From the IMG/VR virus record IMGVR_UViG_3300021957_000018: a DNA stretch of 64,000 nucleotides; one strand, 5' to 3'. The notes beneath the pieces were generated by a model. The model had not been told where the DNA came from. It worked only from the letters and a program-made list of their open reading frames with translations, and did not search any database. Origin of the DNA: an uncultured virus (IMG/VR IMGVR_UViG_3300021957_000018) (taxonomy: Duplodnaviria > Heunggongvirae > Uroviricota > Caudoviricetes). Made by a program: the position numbers and the translations under genes. Of this stretch, positions 57,690-64,000 are shown one piece after another (within the stretch, counting starts at the first letter, position 1; each line of letters begins with the position of its first letter).

Positions 57690-58820
57690 TTATACTTCTG
57701 GTTCTTCTGCTGGTTCTTCAAAATCGACTGGTTCATCTGTTAGGTCAGCTCCTCCACCTTCTTCTCCTCCTACATCTGCTGTATCATCTCCTCCGAGAGC
57801 ATCTACTCCGGAATCTCCACCGCCTTCTTCTCCGGGGAAGTCTCCTCCTCCGCCTCCAGATGATCCACTATCTGTATCTGCTGGTTCTGCTGGTTCTTCT
57901 GGGGAACCCATTGGACCTTCTTTATATAGCACTGATAGTTTATCTAATGCTTGCTGGTATTCGGATATTTTATTTATGTAATAGCGTTTACCTAGTATCT
58001 GTGCTTCAAATCCTTCTCCTAACCATTTCAATATGTAATCTTGTCCATTAGATAAGTTAACTTTAAATGCAGTAGGTCTAGGAGAGATCCAATCTATAGA
58101 TGTTACAAACTCTTTAAAGTCTTTAGTTTGCAGTTTTATTAAGGCTGCTTTTAATGTTGGAAATTTTTGAATCATTTTATCGGTAGCGTCTTCTAAGACT
58201 GCTCCTTTTTCTGCTGATTCTTTTACTCCTACTTTATGTTTATCTTTTAGTACTGTTTGTTTCTCTGTATCTGAAAGCTTATTGTAGTCTTTATTGAATA
58301 CTCTATGAGCTATAAGATCTAATCTAAGCTCTTCTTCTTGGCTGTATTTTTTCTTTAATGCATCTACAGACTCTTCCATTACTCTCCTCATTTTCATAAG
58401 TTCATATTGATCAGGTCTCTCTGTTCTTAAGTACCTTTGAAGTTTTCTGAAGTTTGTTTTTATTAAGTCAAATAATTCTCTAGCTGCTTTATCAGTTCTT
58501 ACATCAGAATTACCCATTAATCCTTTTATATCGCCTACAATATCTGAGAAATTGCTATACAACTCTTCAAAAGAAGGTAGAGATATAGGTTTATGTCCTA
58601 TATTTCCTGTTGAATCGTCAACAGACATTGTCTTAAAATATGTTTTCATATCAGAAGATACAAAATCTTTATCAGGCCATTTTGATACGCCGTATCTTTT
58701 TTCTATACTGGCTCTAAAAGATTTAGGAAGATCTTCTAAACCTAGTGTCCTTCTTTCTTCTTCTTCCTGTATATTAAGTTCTGCGTAAGATTCTAATATA
58801 AGTTTTTCTAATTTATGCAT
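57690..58820 (-). CDS. Putative internal head protein with acidic Gly/Glu tail
   Basis: 376 aa, MHKLEKLILE start, low-complexity C-terminus. Confidence 0.6.
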   Translation of the reverse strand: MHKLEKLILESYAELNIQEEEERRTLGLEDLPKSFRASIEKRYGVSKWPDKDFVSSDMKTYFKTMSVDDSTGNIGHKPISLPSFEELYSNFSDIVGDIKGLMGNSDVRTDKAARELFDLIKTNFRKLQRYLRTERPDQYELMKMRRVMEESVDALKKKYSQEEELRLDLIAHRVFNKDYNKLSDTEKQTVLKDKHKVGVKESAEKGAVLEDATDKMIQKFPTLKAALIKLQTKDFKEFVTSIDWISPRPTAFKVNLSNGQDYILKWLGEGFEAQILGKRYYINKISEYQQALDKLSVLYKEGPMGSPEEPAEPADTDSGSSGGGGGDFPGEEGGGDSGVDALGGDDTADVGGEEGGGADLTDEPVDFEEPAEEPEV

Positions 58821-58823
58821 AGC

Positions 58824-61800
58824 TTACTTCTTTTTCTTTTTATACCCTTTATGCCAGTGTTCATTAGTAGTTTTAATATCTAGCTCACTAACAGGAATAT
58901 CTTTTACTGTTTTTCCGCTTTCAAATAAAACATCGTAATGAGTAACTATATACTTTTTACCTTCTTTTACTAGGGTATGTTTTTCTGGAATACAGTTTCC
59001 TTTACCGTATGTTTCGTGTACTACTTTAGCAGCACAGTCGTGTTTAAATCCAGGTCCTGATTCTTCTAATTCATTTTTATTAACTAAAGTTAATTTAAAA
59101 GAGTCGTGTAAGCCAGTTTTCTTTTTACCCGGTTTACCGTTAGTAACTCTTACGTAAGCATCATGTCTTCCAACTTTCCCGTCTACTCTTTGGTAAATAT
59201 TACCGTGTTGATTTTTAACATAATCTCCAGGCATAATTTGACCTCCTTTAGCTTCGTTTATATCGGCATCTAATTCAAACTTCTTAAATTTATTTAAATC
59301 GTTTAAACTTTTCAATTCAACTCTTTTGCCGTCATTATCTAATCCGTAAATATTACCATCATACTTACCCATTCCATCAGAACGTTTACCTGCTAATTTC
59401 TGTTTTAATTCAGCTCCTGCTCTACGTTTAGATACTGATGAAGTCATTCCTAGGTCTTGTCTAGTAGCTTCTTCCATATGTCTCTTACCTAAACCAGGTA
59501 AGTTTCTTAAGTCCTGTACGTACTCATCTGTCTTAACAATAATAGTACCTAGATTAGTATCTTCTCCATCAGGATCTTTAAATAAGGTAATTTTGGATAC
59601 TCCAGGATTAAAGCTTGGATCTTTGTCTTTAAAGTTACTGTTGTAATATTGTGTTTGGTGCATTTGGTAATCTTCACCTTCATGCTCTAAATTATGATAT
59701 TGAACGTGAACAAACATTGGTGCATATTGACCCATTCTTTGTTTGATAGGACTCTTATCATGTGCTTTTAAAGCTTCTACGGCATCGTTTTCACTAGCTA
59801 CACCCTTAGGTAATAGGTCTGCGAATATTTGTTTACCGAACATATCAGGTCCTCTTTTGTTAGCATCATCTATTAATTCTGCTCCTTTAAATCTATGGTC
59901 TGTAAATTCTTTTATAATTTCTTTATTTTCAGCTAATATAGATTTAAATACGTCAATAGAAACTTTTCTTTTCTTCCCTTTATGTTCATACTCTACAAAA
60001 TCCTTTGAGCCTGGTTTTTTAATATAGTCGGTTATTTTTACATCTACAGGTACTTTTTGATTCTTAGCTGCATTGTATTTTTTTATCGCTACTACTTTAC
60101 CAATCTTCATTGATACGTCTTCATTTACTGCATCAAACTTTCTCTGCTTTAAAGCTGCTTGTATAGCAAATACTGCATCTTGCTCTTTATATCCGTATCT
60201 CTTAGCCATTGCTTTAATAAAGCGATCTACTGATTTAGATACTTCTGGGTTTAATGACTCTCTAATTACTTCATTAAAGTCATCTTCGTCAAAATCGTAG
60301 AATCCTAATCTTTCTAATTCTTCTTTATCGTATTCTTGAGATAACCTACTTCTAAATTCTGAGATTGAGCTTATCCATTCCATTAAAACTTCTACAGCTC
60401 CAGGATTATCTTCTATAAATTCATCAAAACCTTGTCTATATCCTAATGCTCCAAATATTTCATCTAAATCTCTAGAAGCATATTCGTTTATCTTCTTTTC
60501 GTCCAACTCTTGTCCATGATGTGTACCGGCTACTGCTCTTTCTAATTCTTTTTCTAGTTTCTTTTTAGAAATTGAAAGTGTTTTTAGTTGATCTATTACT
60601 GATTTATCGCCTGCTTTATATTTCTTAGCAAGATCTTTCATTATATTAACTACTTTACTATGTGCTTTTTGTATTTTAGCAGCTTTGATTTCATTCATAT
60701 TTTTACCTTCTTTATAATAATCAGGATCCTCGTAATAATCGTCGTCTTCTTTTCTACGTTGGTCGTAGTCTGTATAAGCATCGTATCTATCTTGATCGTC
60801 TTGTGCTGCGTTTAGCATATCGTTTAAGTCATGATCACCTTCTAAATCAGGATTCTTTAAAGTCACTGCGTTAGGTAAATCATCTCCTCTACCTATATGA
60901 AGTTCAAAATCTTGTCCTTCTTTATATTTAGACTTTAAATGATCAACTACATCTTGAATTCTATCTAAATCATATCCAAAGGTAACTAAGTGTCCTTCGT
61001 TTTCGTTTACTTTACCAACTGCTGTATCGTAATCTAAAGGTTTAATTCTACCTGATGCTTTTTCTATAGCGTTGTCAATCTTATTTAACATATCACCATA
61101 TCTATCAGCTACTGGTCCTCCTGTTGGTTCGATTTCTGGATCATTCTCCATCTCTCTTTCTATCTCAGCTCTTTTATCTTTAAGCTGTTTGATTAAGAGT
61201 CTCTTTCTACCGTTTATTCTTTGATCTTTTCTATCACGGGCGTGCATTTGATCTACTTTCTTAAGATCAGCGTTTCTTTTTTTAGCAACTCTCATTTTCA
61301 TGAGAACAGGATCGTTAAGGTCAGTAGCTTCATCCATATCTGCTGAATGATCTGTTAATTCAATATCGTTAGCTCGTAAATCCATTACTACATCGTAAAC
61401 GAACGCATTTGGATCTTCGTCTGGTTCTTGGTAAAATTCTGAATCTTGGTTTTCTGAGTCATCATACATGTCGTCAAACCCGCTTTCATGTTTAAATATA
61501 AAATATATAATCACATTTCCAGCTCCGTCATTGTCGACAACCTCCATCTTAACATAAGTTGGATCTACGTTTTGATCTAAGATAGCCATAGCTTTCTTAT
61601 AATCGTGTGCTTTTACTTTAATATAATGGTGGTCATCTCCTTCACCTTCTCCTAAGGGACGTCCTTCGTCATCGTACCCTACTCCATGATCTTCTTCATC
61701 ATCTTTTTGTTCTTGGTCTGGGTTATATTCTTCGTTTAGAGACTTAAAGTGTTTTAGTAGCTCGTTTGATAGTACATCCACGTTAATGATTGCCTCTCCT

Positions 61801-62378
61801 GAAGGTTTAACGCCAACCTCTACTAGTTCTTTATCGAAGGAAAAATCAACTAGATGTAATGTATCTTCTGATATATAAAAAGAAAATTCATCTGCTCCTT
61901 CTTCTCCTTTGTAATCTATATGTACATCGAAGCTATTTTCTTCTATTCTATGAGCTTTAATTCTTGCTATTTCGTCTCCTAATTTCTTAAGTGATATTAT
62001 TAGAGCTTTTCCAACTGATTTTGCTATTGCTTTTGTTTCATCTATAGAGAAATTAATTCCTTTCCCTTCAGCTTCTTTTATTTTTGCTCCTTTTGCAGTG
62101 TCAATGCCTGTAATGGCAGGATCTTTCTTTAAGTCCATTGCTGTTTTTCTGTCCATTTTGACTGCTTTAGTGTCGCCACCTTTTGTAGAAACGAACATAG
62201 TCTCGTCTCCTTCTTCTAATATTTTCATTTTTGAGAGTAGATTTTCACGTACTATATTTAATTGCTGAATAGAGTCTTCTATATAGGTGGGTGTTAGTTT
62301 AGCTGATTCTGTTGTTTGTAATTGCTGTAGTGTTGTTTCAACAGAGGTTAAACGTACTTTTAATTCTTCGTAAGTCAT
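58824..62378 (-). CDS. Large modular protein, probable head-internal polyprotein
   Basis: 1184 aa of alternating acidic and basic short modules bounded by [ILVM]-x-E sites. Confidence 0.55.
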   Translation of the reverse strand: MTYEELKVRLTSVETTLQQLQTTESAKLTPTYIEDSIQQLNIVRENLLSKMKILEEGDETMFVSTKGGDTKAVKMDRKTAMDLKKDPAITGIDTAKGAKIKEAEGKGINFSIDETKAIAKSVGKALIISLKKLGDEIARIKAHRIEENSFDVHIDYKGEEGADEFSFYISEDTLHLVDFSFDKELVEVGVKPSGEAIINVDVLSNELLKHFKSLNEEYNPDQEQKDDEEDHGVGYDDEGRPLGEGEGDDHHYIKVKAHDYKKAMAILDQNVDPTYVKMEVVDNDGAGNVIIYFIFKHESGFDDMYDDSENQDSEFYQEPDEDPNAFVYDVVMDLRANDIELTDHSADMDEATDLNDPVLMKMRVAKKRNADLKKVDQMHARDRKDQRINGRKRLLIKQLKDKRAEIEREMENDPEIEPTGGPVADRYGDMLNKIDNAIEKASGRIKPLDYDTAVGKVNENEGHLVTFGYDLDRIQDVVDHLKSKYKEGQDFELHIGRGDDLPNAVTLKNPDLEGDHDLNDMLNAAQDDQDRYDAYTDYDQRRKEDDDYYEDPDYYKEGKNMNEIKAAKIQKAHSKVVNIMKDLAKKYKAGDKSVIDQLKTLSISKKKLEKELERAVAGTHHGQELDEKKINEYASRDLDEIFGALGYRQGFDEFIEDNPGAVEVLMEWISSISEFRSRLSQEYDKEELERLGFYDFDEDDFNEVIRESLNPEVSKSVDRFIKAMAKRYGYKEQDAVFAIQAALKQRKFDAVNEDVSMKIGKVVAIKKYNAAKNQKVPVDVKITDYIKKPGSKDFVEYEHKGKKRKVSIDVFKSILAENKEIIKEFTDHRFKGAELIDDANKRGPDMFGKQIFADLLPKGVASENDAVEALKAHDKSPIKQRMGQYAPMFVHVQYHNLEHEGEDYQMHQTQYYNSNFKDKDPSFNPGVSKITLFKDPDGEDTNLGTIIVKTDEYVQDLRNLPGLGKRHMEEATRQDLGMTSSVSKRRAGAELKQKLAGKRSDGMGKYDGNIYGLDNDGKRVELKSLNDLNKFKKFELDADINEAKGGQIMPGDYVKNQHGNIYQRVDGKVGRHDAYVRVTNGKPGKKKTGLHDSFKLTLVNKNELEESGPGFKHDCAAKVVHETYGKGNCIPEKHTLVKEGKKYIVTHYDVLFESGKTVKDIPVSELDIKTTNEHWHKGYKKKKK

Positions 62379-62404
62379 ATTACTAGTTTTATGTTGTATA
62401 GCTA

Positions 62405-62412
62405 TATAAATA
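62405..62412 (-). promoter_or_regulatory. Putative late promoter TATTTATA
   Basis: Octamer upstream of the 1184-aa gene. Confidence 0.6.
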
Positions 62413-62418
62413 AATAGA

Positions 62419-63051
62419 TTACTCTTCCCAAATAACGTTTTTAAACTTCTCAGGCTCTAAACCAAAGAAATCCGTTCTCCATTGGGTTTGCTCAAAGAAA
62501 TCTAAATTTATCCATTCATGTTTAACTTTCCAAAGGTCTATAGCTGTTTGATCCCAATCTAAGTTAAGAATAAATTTCTCGATTTCCAACTTTTTTTCAA
62601 TTACTTCTTCGTATATAAATGAATCCCACTCGTAGTGGAATACTTCAAAGCACTTTAATTCCGAAACATAGTCTATAGATATGTCTATCCCCCATTTTGG
62701 TTTCATCTTAACAAGCTTCCAAAGCATTGGATTGTATTCTGCCATTGCTTCGAGTTGAACTTTAGCAGTTGAATCAAATCCTTTTCTTTCAAATAAGTCT
62801 GAGTGGTTTATATGAGCACCTTCTTTTTTGTCCCATAGTAACCAATCATACCTTAAACAGTCTTCGTGTCTTCTAGTTATCGGTTCATACCCATTATACG
62901 GTAAATAAGCTTGTTCTGCTTTTGTTAAGTGGTATCCATTTTGATCAAATAGGTCTACTGAGTTTTTATCTCTCAGTACGCTTACGTCTTCTATTGGGTC
63001 TGTGAAGTACGCTGTTTTATTAAGGGCGGTATTTGCTATTTTTATTGACAA
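62419..63051 (-). CDS. Hypothetical protein (Trp/His-rich, enzyme-like)
   Basis: 210 aa with FDQNGY, HSDLFERKGF and PKWGIDISIDY segments. Function not recognised. Confidence 0.7.
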   Translation of the reverse strand: MSIKIANTALNKTAYFTDPIEDVSVLRDKNSVDLFDQNGYHLTKAEQAYLPYNGYEPITRRHEDCLRYDWLLWDKKEGAHINHSDLFERKGFDSTAKVQLEAMAEYNPMLWKLVKMKPKWGIDISIDYVSELKCFEVFHYEWDSFIYEEVIEKKLEIEKFILNLDWDQTAIDLWKVKHEWINLDFFEQTQWRTDFFGLEPEKFKNVIWEE

Positions 63052-63242
63052 TGGTAGTTTAAGTATCTTTGTAATGCTTTCGCATAGTGAGTGCCTTTAT
63101 CTTTTAATCCTGATTTTGCTTTTCTAACTTTAGAACAGGATAATTTACCTAAACGTTTTTTGAGTATACCAGGCTTAACCGGGTCGTGGGGACCTTCTTC
63201 TAGTACCTCTTTTATGATTTTAGTTAATTCAGACTTCTTCAT
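63042..63242 (-). CDS. Small basic putative internal head protein
   Basis: 66 aa, MKKSELTKIIKEVLEE followed by a Lys-rich domain. Confidence 0.65.
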   Translation of the reverse strand: MKKSELTKIIKEVLEEGPHDPVKPGILKKRLGKLSCSKVRKAKSGLKDKGTHYAKALQRYLNYHCQ

Positions 63243-63429
63243 TTCTCTTAACTAGTTCTTTTTTTATTACAGCTTTCTTTCTCTTATAAGATGGGTTAGT
63301 ATAGTATTTTTTTAATTCTACTGTTGATGTGTTACTTACAGTATAATGTTCCCATACCCATTGGCTGGTCATTTTTCCATTCTTATCTTTTTTATACTTT
63401 TTAGAACTTGGTTTAATTTTTACAGGCAT
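63229..63429 (-). CDS. Small basic protein (66 aa)
   Basis: Start reassigned to MPVKIKP at 63429, because the longer start overlaps the upstream CDS. Confidence 0.6.
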   Translation of the reverse strand: MPVKIKPSSKKYKKDKNGKMTSQWVWEHYTVSNTSTVELKKYYTNPSYKRKKAVIKKELVKRNEEV

Positions 63430-63430
63430 T

Positions 63431-64000
63431 TTATTTTTTTTTCCATATTTCACCTCTTCTACAACGAACAACTGCCCCGGAGGCGTATGCTGATGGCCAG
63501 GTGTCATATTTTGATTTTGCTAATCTAGTACATCTATCATCTTTTTCCATGATAGTATTTTCATTAGTAGTTTCGTGTACCATACCCACTACTAAATTTT
63601 TTAAATCTTCTTTTGTAACTCCTTCTTTAGTTTTCTCTAAAGACGTACCTGCTTTTTTAGCGTCTTTATATGCATTAGAGTTTTTATGGGAAGATTTTTT
63701 TCCTGCTTTCTTCTTAGCGTTTATATTAGCCCAAAGTCCTTCTTTCTTTACTGTTGCTTTTTTTGTATTCTTTACGACTGTTTTTCCTTTACTACCTGCT
63801 TTCTTTTTCTTTGCTGCTGTTGCGGCTCTTTGACCTTTTGTTAAGCTTTGTGCTTTTGCTTTAGGTAGACATCTATCAGGATTTTTTTTATTTTTAGAAG
63901 TTCCGCAATCGCCAGCTATATTACCAGAAGAAGAGATGCGTACCCACTTCTCTTTCTTAAACCAGTCTCTTAAAGACTCTTTTACTATGCTGTTTATATT
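63431..64000 (-). CDS. Basic modular putative head-internal protein (partial, runs off right edge)
   Basis: Not in the ORF track. Open frame ...IVKE|SLRDWFKKEKWV...KKE|GLWANINAKK...IME|KDDRCTRLAKSKYDTWPSAYASGAVVRCRRG to TAA at 63431-63433. Confidence 0.75.
   Translation of the reverse strand, partial: NINSIVKESLRDWFKKEKWVRISSSGNIAGDCGTSKNKKNPDRCLPKAKAQSLTKGQRAATAAKKKKAGSKGKTVVKNTKKATVKKEGLWANINAKKKAGKKSSHKNSNAYKDAKKAGTSLEKTKEGVTKEDLKNLVVGMVHETTNENTIMEKDDRCTRLAKSKYDTWPSAYASGAVVRCRRGEIWKKK

Noticed and set aside
63430..63507. MTPGHQH... start for the 92-aa ORF
   Set aside because: Overlaps the coding end of the upstream partial gene in another frame. The ATG at 63429 fits the gene packing.
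26..63833. All other plus-strand ORFs and short nested minus-strand ORFs in the track
   Set aside because: They are shadows of longer minus-strand genes, with biased Ser/Pro/Leu-rich translations and no independent signals.
1..64000. Stop-codon reassignment, CRISPR arrays, tRNA genes
   Set aside because: Core genes are full length under the standard code with TAA, TAG and TGA stops. No spaced repeat array or cloverleaf was seen in the short intergenic gaps.

Overview
The window is a 64-kb, AT-rich slice of a large, distantly T4-like myophage genome. It holds the virion morphogenesis module, with all credible genes on the minus strand. In transcription order: a cluster of probable head-internal proteins, terminase, portal, prohead protease, scaffold, major capsid, PhoH, neck and tail-terminator genes, three very large tail fibres, three paralogous LamG-type proteins, then sheath, tube, assembly chaperone, tape measure and baseplate genes. 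A-rich leaders without Shine-Dalgarno sites suggest a Bacteroidota host (inference). The most unusual element is a complete group I ribozyme core (about 12134-12345, minus strand) in an intergenic gap. It has no endonuclease ORF and no interrupted gene, and a copy of the phage promoter motif lies 3 nt before its guide sequence. One candidate 5' splice site lies downstream of its 3' splice site, i.e. a possible natural permuted intron making a 61-nt circle; a competing site lies in the upstream gene. Other highlights: putative capsid-targeted, protease-processed cargo proteins and polyproteins; a likely U7 programmed frameshift; a TATTTATA promoter motif; a structured leader RNA; and cassette-like LamG paralogues. 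All calls come from reading motifs by eye. No searches were run, so novelty is unverified.
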